This document shows positions 8,242-19,057 of a stretch of 64,000 nt of DNA, piece by piece. A model generated the notes under the pieces. The model saw nothing but the letters and a program-made list of their open reading frames with translations, did not search any database and had not been told where the DNA came from. The position numbers and the translations under genes are program-made. Origin of the DNA: a virus (Duplodnaviria > Caudoviricetes); IMG/VR virus record IMGVR_UViG_3300026522_000022, positions 1 to 64,000 of that record. One strand, given 5' to 3'. Positions within the stretch are counted from its first letter, which is position 1. Every line of letters starts with the position of its first letter.

Positions 8242-9435
8242 GTGACAGAAAGAATAACCTGTACAAAATGCGGGCGCTCGCGACCTGAAACTGAGTTTTT
8301 TAAACTAAAAGGCGGGCATCGCGACGATATATGTAAAGATTGTTTAACTATGTATATCGACAACCGCAAACCTGACACGTTTATGTGAATCTTAGAAAAA
8401 TTCGATGTACCCTACATTGAAAAGAAGTGAGTCCAACTCTGCAACGAAGTTTACAAAAAGAATCCCGGTTCCTTTGGCCCCAAGTCAGTCATAGGCCGCT
8501 ATCTACGAGCCATGAATATGGTACAATACAAACAATATACCTTCGCAGATACCGACAAACTAAATTATGCCGATAAAAAACAACAACAAGAATCAGAAGC
8601 CGCTCTAGCAGCCGCCCAAGAGAGAGAAGAAGAGTTAAGAGCTAAATTAGAACGTGGCGAAATTACTGAAGCACAATACAACACCTTATCTGCGGGGACC
8701 GCGTCGTCGAATACCACACCTGAGTTCGAGATACCCAACACTCCGCAATACACAATTGATGAGTCAGTTATCACAGATTCTCTCACAGACGAAGATATAC
8801 AATTCCTCATGTTAAAATGGGGCACAGTATATACTCCTTCTCAATGAGTAGCAATGGAAACGATGTATAAACGTTATGCTAACGAATATGAACTTAACGT
8901 AGACCGCGAAGAAGTCCTTAAAAAGATGTGCAAAACTTCTCTAAAGATGGACGAAGCTCTTGATACAGGCGATGTAAATGGTTATAAGAGCCTTGCAACC
9001 GTCTTTGACCAGCTCCGCAAATCAGGAAAGTTTACTGAAGCACAAAATAAGGAAGAAAAACAACGTTATCTTGACTCTATTGGAGAATTAATAGCTGTTT
9101 GTGAGCGTGAAGGTGGCCCAATTGAGCAATTCCCAGACCCAGACGAGTATCCGCAAGATAAAATAGATTTTACTTTGCGAGACCTCAAATCTTATACTTA
9201 TGGTTTAGTTACAAATGAACTTGGTCTTGGTGATTTAATTGAATCTTACATTGAAAAGCTTGAAAAAGCAGAAGAAGAAGGGGATGTAGATTTAGACAAA
9301 GGATTGATAACATCAGATGAAGAGCTTGCGGCGGACGCGTTGACGGATGACGAAGCTGAGGAATTTCAAGTGTTCTTAGAAAATGAGATAGAAAAGGATG
9401 CTGAGCGTCTCTTGGAAGAGTTAGGAGGTGAATAA
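8242..9435 (+). CDS. Zn-finger protein, probable terminase small subunit (code 4, 397 aa)
   Basis: GTG start after AAAGGAGG; CTKC...CKDC; 3 in-frame TGA; immediately upstream of the large terminase. Confidence 0.7.
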
Positions 9436-12400
9436 ATGTCTTTAGATGCGTTACTCTCTACTCAAAAGACCGCAGAACAAGAAGCTGAAATTACAAAAGA
9501 AGTTATTTTAAATAATATGGATGATTTACGACAGATTATATCCTATTGGAGAGTATATCCAGATAGATTTGTTGATTTTTTATGCAGTTTAAATCCAGAA
9601 AATACTTTTCACTTCTTTTTTTACCAAAGATTGTTCTTGCGGGCGGTTATGCGGCATAAATATGTCTTTGCAACATTCGTTCGTGCTTGGTCTAAGTCAT
9701 TTATGTCGGTTATGTCGCTTATGATTAAAGCAATTCTTTATCCTGGAGCTAAATTGTTCACTGTAGCTGGTGGTAAAGAGCAGTCTGCACAGATTCTTTC
9801 TGGTAAAGTAGATGAAATTTGTCGTTTAATTCCTGCTTTTGAAAAAGAAATTATATGAGACACCAGAGGAACTAGAGCTAGAACGTCACAAACAAAAGAT
9901 AGTGTTATTTATACATTTAAAAATGGTTCAACACTAGAAAACGTGGCTGCTACAGAAAAAACAAGAGGTAGGCGTTTCCAAGCAGGATTGATGGAAGAGT
10001 GCGTAGGTATTGACCAAGACATATTGAATGAAGTTATAATCCCTCAAGGTTTTCAAAACGAGTGGGGCCTAGCAGCGTAAGTTGTTAGTGAAAATCGCGT
10101 GAACGCAAGGAAAAGCGGTGTGTGATATTTATCATGCTAACGGTGAACGAAAGAATACCGTGCCAAGCTCTTTTAGAGAAGGCGTAGAGACTATGGGTGA
10201 TGAATGTAGCCCAGTAGGCCAGATTTTACCACTGGTCGAAGCGCGCGACTGCCAAATTGGTAGAAGAGATAGTCCAAGATATATAAAATATATTATGACT
10301 TTAAATGTTAACCGCCAGATTCCTGGCTGGGGCGCAGATGATAAGGAAGCATTAAATAAATCTCAAATTTTCGTAAACTTTTTGGGCAAAAGAGTAACAT
10401 TTTATTGTTAAAAATTTTAATAAATATAGAAGATAAAAACAAAAGAATGGAGTTTTTATGTACTATATTTATAAAATTGAAAATTTAGTTAATCATAAAA
10501 AATATATTGGTTTAACTAATCATATTATAAGAAGAAAATCTAGGCATTTTTGTGATTTAAAATATGGTAGACACGATAATCATTTTTTACAAAAAGAATA
10601 TGATATTTATGGGAAAAACAATTTTTCCTTTGAAATACTTTTCCAAGATAATGTGGATTCTCAGACTATATCGGATAAAGAAAAAGAATATATAAAATTA
10701 TACGATAGTTATTATAATGGGTATAATCAAAACGAAGGAGGAAATTTTGGTCCTTCTAATGGAGGAACAAAATTTACAAAATCTGACATTTTTACAATTT
10801 TAGCTGTATCTGAGTTTACTCATAGATCAGGACAAGTTTTAGCTGATATATATGATACCTCTAGAACAACAATTAGTAGAATTAATAAGGGTGTAAATCA
10901 TTGCCAGTATTACGAAGAATATCATAATCTTTCTTATGAAGATAGATATGAAATTTTTTATAATATTCAAAAAGATTTAGATATTGAAAAACAGATAATA
11001 AATTCTAATAAATTACAAAAAACAAGAAAATTAACTGATGAACAAGCTTTGTGAGTATTAGTGAATCATGATTATCATATAATGACACATGAAAAATTGG
11101 CCGAAAAGATAGGAGTAAAATCAACTTACACTTTACAGTGTATATGAGAAAATAAAACCTATAAAGATGTTAATTTACAATATAGTAAAATGACTGACTC
11201 TGAAAAACAAAAAATTGCGACGTTACTTAGTAATAAGTAAATGAAAACCTCTCTAATTGCTGGGAACTCCTATAAAATAGGACAATCAGCAGCGAAGCCT
11301 TGGAGACAAGGAACGTTCAACGACTAGTCGAAAGACGTAGGCCGCAAGCGATTGGCGGTCGAAACGGGAGGCCCCATTTTATGGGTGAAGATATAGTCTA
11401 CTCTATATGGTAATATATAGCAGTTCATAAGAGAACGCTTGTAAGTTAGCGCCTTACAAGGAATACAAGGAACAACTGCAGGATATAAAAATACATATTC
11501 TTATGAAAAACTAATTCAGCTTCTTTGTATGTCGGTAGCCCGTCCTAAAGATGCTATTGTTCTTGGTGGTTCTTGAAGAGTTCCTGTTATTGAAAAACTT
11601 CTTGATAAAAATTTTGTTAAAGAGCTTAAATTAGATGGTACATTTAACGAAGCATCATTTGAACGTGAATATGAATCAAAATGGACTGGTGATATTGAAT
11701 CTGCGTTCTTTGAATCATCTAAGTTTGATAAAAATAGAATTATTAATCTCCCAGAATATAAATATAGCAATAAAACTTCTAAAGAAGGCTATTATATCAT
11801 GGGTGTTGACGTAGGTCGTTTTGGGTGTAGCACTGAAGTTTGCATTATAAAAGTTACACCTGCGGCGTCTGGCGCGATGTTGAAACGTCTGGTTAATATT
11901 TATTCATTTGATGAAGAGCACTTTGGTATGCAGGCTATTAAAATTAAGCGTTTATTTAATCAATATAAATGCAGAGTGGCTGTTATCGACGGTAATGGCC
12001 TTGGCGCTGGTTTAGTCGATATGTTGACAATGGATACTACAGATCCAGACACGGGCGAAGTATTGTTTAACTGGGGTGTTTATAATGATGAAGATAGAAT
12101 TTATAAACACATGGAAACAGAAAATACAATTCACAATGCAATGTACATTATGAAAGCTAATCAAACTTTGAACTCTGAAATGTATGCTTATTGTCAATCT
12201 CAAATGAGCGCAGGCCGCATTAAATTCTTAGTTGATGAAAATATTGCAAAGAATAAACTCCTTTCCCAAGAGCAAGGTAAGAAAATGAGTGCGGTAAAGC
12301 GTGCGGAGTACCTGCAACCGTATGTGCAAACCTCTATCCTCAAAGACCAAATGTTAAATTTGATTCAAGAAAATGATGGCGCGCATATTATTTTAAAACA

Positions 12401-12548
12401 AGCTTCAAAGAAAATCAAGAAGGATAAATTTTCTGCTCTAATTTATGGTTTATATTATTGTAAGCTGCAAGAAGATAAGCGCAGCCGCAGAACAAAAATT
12501 AATCCCGCTGATTTAATGTTATACAGTAAAAAAATTGGGGTAAGATAG
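9436..12548 (+). CDS. terL: terminase large subunit, spliced: exons 9436-10044, 10298-10374, 11471-12548 (code 4)
   Basis: Walker A-like RAWSKSF, Walker B-like GLMEE, coupling motif FVTTAG rebuilt across the intron 2 junction, nuclease GVDVG and KKDKFSA; in-frame TGA in IIWDT and GGSWRVP. Confidence 0.9.
10045..10297 (+). mobile_element. group I intron (253 nt, no ORF) in terL
   Basis: 5' exon ends in U (CCCU), intron ends in G; IGS GAGUGGGG pairs with both exons; P/Q AACGGTGAA/AATACCGTG, R GTAGAGACTA, S AAGAGATAGTCC; splicing restores VIIP-TLNV. Confidence 0.9.
10384..10420 (+). promoter_or_regulatory. putative phage late-promoter motif GGGCAAA-N24-TTTTAA
   Basis: Same spacing recurs at 12538, 34290 and 54099. 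Confidence 0.6.
10458..11240 (+). CDS. intron-encoded GIY-YIG homing endonuclease (code 4, 260 aa)
   Basis: YIYKIENLVNHKKYIG...R...H...E...GYN; 2 in-frame TGA, ends TAA. Confidence 0.88.
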
Positions 12549-12574
12549 AATAATTTGATATGTTGTAATTTTAA
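12538..12574 (+). promoter_or_regulatory. putative late-promoter motif GGGTAAG-N24-TTTTAA
   Basis: Upstream of the head module. Confidence 0.6.
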
Positions 12575-12608
12575 TATTTAGTAGATAGTATTTGAAGGAG
12601 AAAATATA

Positions 12609-12965
12609 ATGTTAGCATCAGCTATGGAAGTTAAAATTCATAATATTTTAACAGATTATGATATTCCTTTTGAAGAAGAATATACGTTTGATGATTTAAT
12701 TGCGTCAAGCGGTAGACATTTAAGGTTCGACTTCGCTGTCTTTGCGGAGGATGGTTCTCTAGATTTTTTGATAGAGGCTCAAGGGCGACAACACTATACT
12801 AGCGTAAGTAAATTTGGTGGGAAACGTGGTGTCAGCAGACAGCGATATAATGATACACAGAAGAGAAAATACTGCTTAGATCATAATATAAAATTAATTA
12901 CCATACCTTATTATGATGAACCTAAAATAACGTATGAGTATATTATGAAGGCGGCAGGTTATTAA
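12609..12965 (+). CDS. Vsr/DUF559-like PD-(D/E)xK endonuclease
   Basis: LRFDF...IEAQGRQHY...DTQKRKYC; between terL and portal. Confidence 0.8.
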   Translation: MLASAMEVKIHNILTDYDIPFEEEYTFDDLIASSGRHLRFDFAVFAEDGSLDFLIEAQGRQHYTSVSKFGGKRGVSRQRYNDTQKRKYCLDHNIKLITIPYYDEPKITYEYIMKAAGY

Positions 12966-12976
12966 GGAGGTGAGCG

Positions 12977-14536
12977 GTGGATACCGCACAAGACTTTAAA
13001 TTAACTGCGCAATCAGAGTCCCCGCACGCTTCTAGGGATTTTAATAAAATTAAAATCGGTAAAACTACTTTATCTAATGATGTATTTTTTGATATAGATT
13101 ATAAGTATGATAGACACCGTGCACGTCCTTTTAGACGTGCGGATGTTATGCGGGCGCTAGCTGAACAAGATGTTCAATCTTTGAGAAATATCTCCCAAAG
13201 ATATTTTTCTATGAATGGTATTTATATGCGCCTTTGCAGATACATCGCATATCTATATCGCTATGATTGGACGATTACTCCAATAGTCTATGATGAAAAA
13301 ATTAAACCAGAGAAAGTTATTGAAGGTTGGTATAAAGCTTCCAATCTCTTGGATAATTGCCGTCTTAGAAAGAACTTTGGGGAAATTGCTCTTAAAGTAG
13401 TTAAAAATGGATGTTATTATGGTTATAAAGTAGAACAAAAAGAAGCTGCTTATCTTCAAGAATTGCATCCAGACTACTGCCGCAGTCGTTATAAGATTAA
13501 CGGCAAGCCAATTGTAGAATTTAACATTAAATATTTTGATGATAAATTCGCTGATGCAGATTATAAAATTAGAGTATTAAAATTGTTCCCAGCAGAATTT
13601 AGAAAAGCGTATCTCTCTTATAAGAGAGGAACGCTTAGAAAAGATTTTAATGGGGATGACAATGGATGGTTTGTTTTAGACCCTGAAAAAACTGTTAAAT
13701 TTAATCTTAGTAATACAGATGTACCTTTGTTTGTTGCTGTTATTCCTAAACTAATGGATTTAGAGGATGCTCAGGATCTTGATAAAAAGCGTATGGAACA
13801 ACAATTATTACGTTTAGTTATTCAAGAAATGCCTTTAGATAAAAACGGTGAATCAATTTTTGATATTCCTGAAATTCAAGCATTTCATAACAATGCGGTC
13901 GAAATGGTTGGAGACGCAGTCGGCATCAGTGTTTTAACAACACTTGCTGATGTGAGTGTCGAAGACCTTTCAGATAATGGTAATATGAGTTCTGCAGATC
14001 AACTTGAAAAAGTTGAACGTACCGTATACAATGAAGCTGGTGTTTCTCAAAAGCAATTTAATACAGATGGTAACATTGCTCTTGAAAAGTCTATTGCTAA
14101 TGACGAAGCAACAATGACAGATTTATTGTTACAGTTTGAAGAGTATGCGGAAAGCTTACTCAAACCATTTAATAAAAATACAAAGCGTTTAAAGTATAAA
14201 GTAACAATGTTACCAACTACTATTTATAATTATAAAGATTTATCTAAGACTTATAAAGAACAAACGCAAATTGGTTTCTCAAAACTTTTACCACAAGTTG
14301 CTCTTGGACAATCTCAAAGCACTGTTATGGCAACTGCATATTTTGAGAATGAACTTTTACATTTGGAAGAACTCTTTATTCCACCGCAAATGTCTTCTAC
14401 TATGAGTGGAAATCAATTAAAGAACAAAGTTGAAGATGGAAACAGTGAAGCGCCTACCGCGGAAGGTGGTAGACCAGAACTTCCAGACGATGAAAAATCA
14501 GAAAAAACTATTCAAAATAAAGAATCTGCGAGTTAG
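12977..14536 (+). CDS. portal protein
   Basis: 519 aa after terminase; C-terminal GGRPEL; synteny. Confidence 0.8.
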   Translation: MDTAQDFKLTAQSESPHASRDFNKIKIGKTTLSNDVFFDIDYKYDRHRARPFRRADVMRALAEQDVQSLRNISQRYFSMNGIYMRLCRYIAYLYRYDWTITPIVYDEKIKPEKVIEGWYKASNLLDNCRLRKNFGEIALKVVKNGCYYGYKVEQKEAAYLQELHPDYCRSRYKINGKPIVEFNIKYFDDKFADADYKIRVLKLFPAEFRKAYLSYKRGTLRKDFNGDDNGWFVLDPEKTVKFNLSNTDVPLFVAVIPKLMDLEDAQDLDKKRMEQQLLRLVIQEMPLDKNGESIFDIPEIQAFHNNAVEMVGDAVGISVLTTLADVSVEDLSDNGNMSSADQLEKVERTVYNEAGVSQKQFNTDGNIALEKSIANDEATMTDLLLQFEEYAESLLKPFNKNTKRLKYKVTMLPTTIYNYKDLSKTYKEQTQIGFSKLLPQVALGQSQSTVMATAYFENELLHLEELFIPPQMSSTMSGNQLKNKVEDGNSEAPTAEGGRPELPDDEKSEKTIQNKESAS

Positions 14537-14547
14537 GAGAGGATTGT

Positions 14548-15933
14548 ATGGCTTTAAAAAATATTTCTGAAGTTAATGCAATTCAAGGGCCGCAGTTTAT
14601 TAATTTAGAACCTTTGGATGTTAATCCTCTCATGTCTAAATGTGAAATTAAAGTATTTTATCTTGGACATAATCGTAATGGTTCTTATATTGATCGTGCG
14701 ACCGCTGAAAATATGGCTAAAACATTGCGGGGGACACCAATTGTTGCCGCATGGAATGACCAAAAGGAAGATTTTGGTGATCATGGTCATATAATGCATA
14801 TTGAAGATGGAGAACTTACATTTTCTTGTAAGACGGTTCCTTATGGATTTGTTTCTCCTGATGCCGACGTTTGGTTTCAAAATTTTACAGATATAGATGA
14901 ATTTGATAACCGCGTTGAGCGTACTTATTTAATGACAACAGGCTATTTATGGTCTGGTCAGTTTGAAGAACTCACAAAGGTGATTAATGAAGGTCAACCG
15001 CAATCAATGGAACTTGATGAAAAAACTTTAGATGGACATTGGGCAATGGATAATAATCTCGGGGTTGAGTTTTTCATTATTAATGACGCAGTTTTTAGTA
15101 AGCTGTGCATTCTTGGGGATGACGTAGAACCTTGCTTTGAAGGTAGTGCTGTTACATCTCCAGAGGTTAGCAAGGAATTCTCTACAAGGAAAGAATTCGA
15201 GCAAACCTTGTTTACGATGATGAATGAATTAAAAGAAGCGTTACAAAGCAAAGGAGGGTCGAATATGCCTGACGAGTTTGCAGAGCAAACAGAAATTGTT
15301 GATGAATCTACGGCCGAAGCTGAGGCAACTGAATTTGCTGCTGAAGAAGTAGTAGAAGAGGCTGCAACTGAAGAAGCTGTTGATTATACTAATGCGGACG
15401 GCGTTGCTGACGATTCTTCCGACGAACCCGAGGGTGAAACTGAATTCGTTAAAGATGACGACAAGGACGATTCTGACGACGATGATGATGATCCCGACGA
15501 TGAGGATGACGAAGATGACGATGACAAGAAGCCAACAAATCACTCACTAGAGGAATTTGAAGCTATGGAGAGCGAACTTTCTTCCTTACGCGCAGAGGTT
15601 GAAGAGTTACGTAAATTCAAGCTAGGCATCGAGAATCAGCAAAAGGATGCATTGATTAACTCATATCATATGCTTTCTGATGAAGATAAAGCAGATGTTA
15701 TTGAGCACAAATCAGAGTATAGTTTAGAAGAAATTGAATCTAAACTCGCTGTCATCTATGTCAAAAAGAATGTAGACTTTAACTCTTTAACTGGTAAAGC
15801 TGAAGATGATATTAATTTTGAGGCTGAACCCGTAAAGGAAGAAGATCCAAGCCTAACATTCTCTCTAGATGATGAAGTTGCGGGGTTCGTACCAAGTATG
15901 GTACAGGCACTCCGTCAAACAGTAGGTAAGTAA
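14548..15933 (+). CDS. prohead protease/scaffold
   Basis: HNRNGS, QSMEL, LCILGDDVEPCFEGS, then an acidic coiled-coil tail; between portal and capsid. Confidence 0.75.
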   Translation: MALKNISEVNAIQGPQFINLEPLDVNPLMSKCEIKVFYLGHNRNGSYIDRATAENMAKTLRGTPIVAAWNDQKEDFGDHGHIMHIEDGELTFSCKTVPYGFVSPDADVWFQNFTDIDEFDNRVERTYLMTTGYLWSGQFEELTKVINEGQPQSMELDEKTLDGHWAMDNNLGVEFFIINDAVFSKLCILGDDVEPCFEGSAVTSPEVSKEFSTRKEFEQTLFTMMNELKEALQSKGGSNMPDEFAEQTEIVDESTAEAEATEFAAEEVVEEAATEEAVDYTNADGVADDSSDEPEGETEFVKDDDKDDSDDDDDDPDDEDDEDDDDKKPTNHSLEEFEAMESELSSLRAEVEELRKFKLGIENQQKDALINSYHMLSDEDKADVIEHKSEYSLEEIESKLAVIYVKKNVDFNSLTGKAEDDINFEAEPVKEEDPSLTFSLDDEVAGFVPSMVQALRQTVGK

Positions 15934-15956
15934 ATTTAAAGGAGGAAAGTGCTGAT

Positions 15957-16451
15957 ATGGCAATTACCATTACACGCGAAGGGTATGGTCAGGTAGAGCC
16001 TAACCACCTTTCAGCTCCTCGCGATGGTCGCGTCTATGCGCAGCTTCCCGCCGCCGAGGGCATTAAGGTCCTTGAAAATGGTATGTTTGTAAAGTATGAC
16101 TACGCTGCTGGCGAGGTCAACTTTGACGGGGACGGCGCTTGGATGCTCGTTTACAACGAGGAAAAGCTTTATGATGAACGTCACCAGATGCACAAAGACT
16201 GGGCACAGAAGGTTGAGGATTCCTATGACGGTAAGATTTATCCTCGTGTCTTTGGCATTGTAGCTGGTGATATTTTTACAACTAATATGTTCGCACAGAA
16301 CACTGAACTTGAAGTTGGTGACGATGTTACCCCTGGCGATGACGGTATTCTCGCTGCTGGTAGCAACGGCGATGTTGTTTTCCGTGTTGTTAAGGAATAC
16401 ACATTACCTGATGGTCAGCCTGCCGTTAAGTTACAGTGCATCAAGGCTTAA
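15957..16451 (+). CDS. capsid decoration/minor head protein
   Basis: 164 aa directly before the major capsid gene; strongly biased codon usage. Confidence 0.7.
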   Translation: MAITITREGYGQVEPNHLSAPRDGRVYAQLPAAEGIKVLENGMFVKYDYAAGEVNFDGDGAWMLVYNEEKLYDERHQMHKDWAQKVEDSYDGKIYPRVFGIVAGDIFTTNMFAQNTELEVGDDVTPGDDGILAAGSNGDVVFRVVKEYTLPDGQPAVKLQCIKA

Positions 16452-16471
16452 TTGAAGGAGGGAAGCATATA

Positions 16472-17566
16472 ATGGATTATAAAGATCTACGCGAACTAGC
16501 TCGCATTGCAGTTTCTGCTGATCCAAAGGCTCCAGTTGCTTACTCCTTTGGCGAAGAGAAATTTACCCTTGATCAGGTTAACGAAGCTCTTGCTACAGAG
16601 TTCCGTGCATTAGCTCCTGATTATCGTACATATAAGGAAAATCAGAACACAATTTTCCGTCTAATTGAAGAGTCAATTAATGAGGTTCTTCCTGCTCGCG
16701 TTGAGCAACAGTATATGCAGTTTGCTGAGGTTCGTCGAGTCGCTCAAGGTGATAAGGCCATCTTCCGTCAGCGCATTACTGAGGCTGCTAAGACTCGTGC
16801 TAAGAAGAATTTTGTTACTCGTGTTGGCCTTGCTGGTCGTTACGAGGTCTTCATGCTTGATGGTCGTGAGATGGAAGTTCAGACTGCTGCTATTGGTGGC
16901 GCTGCTCGTATCGGCTTCGAGGAGTTCCTTGATGGTCGTCTCCAGTTCTCCGATCTTACAAGTCTAGTTATTGAAGGCATGGACGAATACATCTATCGTG
17001 AGATTGCTAAGGCTCTTGAGGCCACTGTAAAGAATCTTCCTGCCGTTCAGCGTGCAGAGGTTGCTGGTTTCGATGAGGCTACAATGGATGAGCTCCTAGC
17101 TATCGGCGATGCTTATGGTCGTTCTGCTATTTATTGCACAGCTGAGTTTGCTGCTAAGATGCTCCCTGCTGAAGGTTGGGTATCTGACAACATGAAGGAC
17201 ACTCTCTGGGCCAATGGTATGCTTGGTAACTACAAGGGTCACCAAGTAATTATTCTTCCTCAGTCAATGGTTGATGAAACTAATACTGAAAAGGTTATTG
17301 ACCCCGCTCAGGCTTATATTATGCCCGTCGGCGCTGAGAAGCCTGTCAAGCTAGTCTTTGAGGGTGGCGCTTGTGTCCGCACAGTTGAGGATAATGATGA
17401 CTGGAGCACAGATTTCCAGACTTATCAGAAGTTTGGTATCGCTACATTCTTCACAAACTTTATGCTCAGCTATCGTAACACTGATCTCAAGAAGGATACA
17501 CGTTTACATAACCTTCCTGTCGATAACTCTAGCACTATTACTCCTACTGGTACAGTTACTCCATAG
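16472..17566 (+). CDS. major capsid protein
   Basis: MDYKDL... after RBS GGAGGG; about 364 aa, high-expression codon bias, followed by a terminator. Confidence 0.82.
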   Translation: MDYKDLRELARIAVSADPKAPVAYSFGEEKFTLDQVNEALATEFRALAPDYRTYKENQNTIFRLIEESINEVLPARVEQQYMQFAEVRRVAQGDKAIFRQRITEAAKTRAKKNFVTRVGLAGRYEVFMLDGREMEVQTAAIGGAARIGFEEFLDGRLQFSDLTSLVIEGMDEYIYREIAKALEATVKNLPAVQRAEVAGFDEATMDELLAIGDAYGRSAIYCTAEFAAKMLPAEGWVSDNMKDTLWANGMLGNYKGHQVIILPQSMVDETNTEKVIDPAQAYIMPVGAEKPVKLVFEGGACVRTVEDNDDWSTDFQTYQKFGIATFFTNFMLSYRNTDLKKDTRLHNLPVDNSSTITPTGTVTP

Positions 17567-17623
17567 GTAGATCAGTTGTTTCAGCCTAAAATCAACAAAG
17601 TGTCCGAACATTAATTTATTTCG

Positions 17624-17665
17624 AGGGGAGGGAAGGAAGTGCCTTTCCTCCCCTTTTTATTTTTT
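17624..17665 (+). terminator. intrinsic terminator after the capsid gene
   Basis: AGGGGAGGGAAGG...CCTTTCCTCCCCT plus T-tract. Confidence 0.8.
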
Positions 17666-17687
17666 AACGGAGATAAAAGGAGAAAAA

Positions 17688-18233
17688 ATGTTAGAAGATA
17701 AAGAATTAGTAGAAGTTCGTAATCTTGTAGATCATATGGTTGTTTATAAGATTGATGAATTAAATCGCAGGGTTGTTTTTAACCCATTTGAAACTAAAAA
17801 AGTGCCGGTTGATGAACTTAGACGTTTAAATTACCAACATGGCGGACAAATTCTTTTACATAATTATTTATGTATTTTAAATGACGAACTCCGTCAAGAG
17901 TTTGGTATTGATCCAACGATGGTAGAATATGATTGGACAATTAAAGACATTGATGCCGCACTTACATCTAGTCCTATTGACGAACTTTTAGATGCTCTAG
18001 AGTTCGGGCCTGAAGGTATTAAAAATATGCTTGTCGATAGGGCAGTACAATTGAAAATCCCCGATACCAATAGAAGAAAAGCAATTCAAGAAATTACTGG
18101 TGTCGATGTAAATAATATGATTAATTTTAAAGAACAAGCCGAGGCGATTGAAAATAAAAATGCGGCAGTTGCTCCGCATACTCGTCGCGCAAGCCAAAGT
18201 GTTACAGTTGGTGGAAGACGCGTCCGCCATTAA
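17688..18233 (+). CDS. hypothetical protein (post-capsid)
   Basis: 181 aa, RBS AAAGGAG. Confidence 0.8.
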   Translation: MLEDKELVEVRNLVDHMVVYKIDELNRRVVFNPFETKKVPVDELRRLNYQHGGQILLHNYLCILNDELRQEFGIDPTMVEYDWTIKDIDAALTSSPIDELLDALEFGPEGIKNMLVDRAVQLKIPDTNRRKAIQEITGVDVNNMINFKEQAEAIENKNAAVAPHTRRASQSVTVGGRRVRH

Positions 18234-18251
18234 TTGAGAAAGGAGATTAAT

Positions 18252-18740
18252 ATGGCAGATGAAACAGAAGAAGTAACTCCTTTCCAAGAACAATATGATT
18301 TTTTCTTAGCTGGTATTACAGACGACATGTTTATGGAAATGACTAGGGAAGATACTCAAGAACTGTTAGAGGAAATTCTTTTAGCAGCGCTGCCGCACTT
18401 TGAATTTCCTTATGGAAAGAACTTGTTTGATACTATCGACCTAGAAAATAAAACATTTGGCGTAAAACTTAGTCTTGAAGAAAAAATGATTATTCGTCAA
18501 TATATGATTAGTGAATGAATCGGTTATCAGTTAGCTACTATTGATTTAATTAGACAAAAATATAGTGGCACTGATTTCAAATTTACTTCTCAAGCAAGCC
18601 ATATTAAACAATTAACCGCACTCAAAGCCCAATATGAACAAAAAGGTTTTCATTTGCAACGCCTTTACCGCAGACGTAGTAAACGTGATGAAAACAACCA
18701 TTTTCTTTCTGCCTATACACAGATTATCGAGCCATTATAA
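18252..18740 (+). CDS. putative head-tail adaptor (code 4, 162 aa)
   Basis: Reads through TGA (SEWIG) to TAA; position. Confidence 0.7.
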
Positions 18741-19057
18741 TGCTGTGTGTATTTGAGTCTAATATTGATACTGATTCTTACACTCTTGGAGAGTGCTTAA
18801 AAAGAATTGGTAATCAAATTTTCAAACTGCTTCCAATGCGGGAAGAGGGCGAAGAATGAATTAAGCCACTTGAAACAATCGCCCTTGAACTTACTGGTAT
18901 GTATAATTTATTCCCAGAAAAACAAGATTTGTTTTCTTTGATTTGTAAATTAGAAGGGCTTATTGAAGAAGGCGAAGAGGGAGATTTTATGAAGTACCGC
19001 CGCACTATTTTTGAGTGTTGCAGTTTAGTAGATAGGTTAAAGCGAAATGTCCATTAA
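18740..19057 (+). CDS. hypothetical protein (code 4, 105 aa)
   Basis: TAATG overlap with the previous gene; one in-frame TGA (EEWIKP); absent from the ORF track. Confidence 0.7.

Larger units (their letters stand above)
10375..11470 (+). mobile_element. group I intron (1096 nt) with homing endonuclease ORF in terL
   Basis: P AATTGCTGGGAA, Q AATCAGCAGC, R TTCAACGACTA, S AAGATATAGTCT; U/G boundaries; splicing restores QIFV-TTAGYKN. Confidence 0.92.

Noticed and set aside
10118-10411. 97-aa track ORF as an independent gene or intein
   Set aside because: It is intron 1 core sequence in frame with terL exon 2; no intein terminal motifs
17564-17614. TAG read-through extension of the capsid protein
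   Set aside because: Adds only about 15 unremarkable residues; TAG behaves as a normal stop elsewhere
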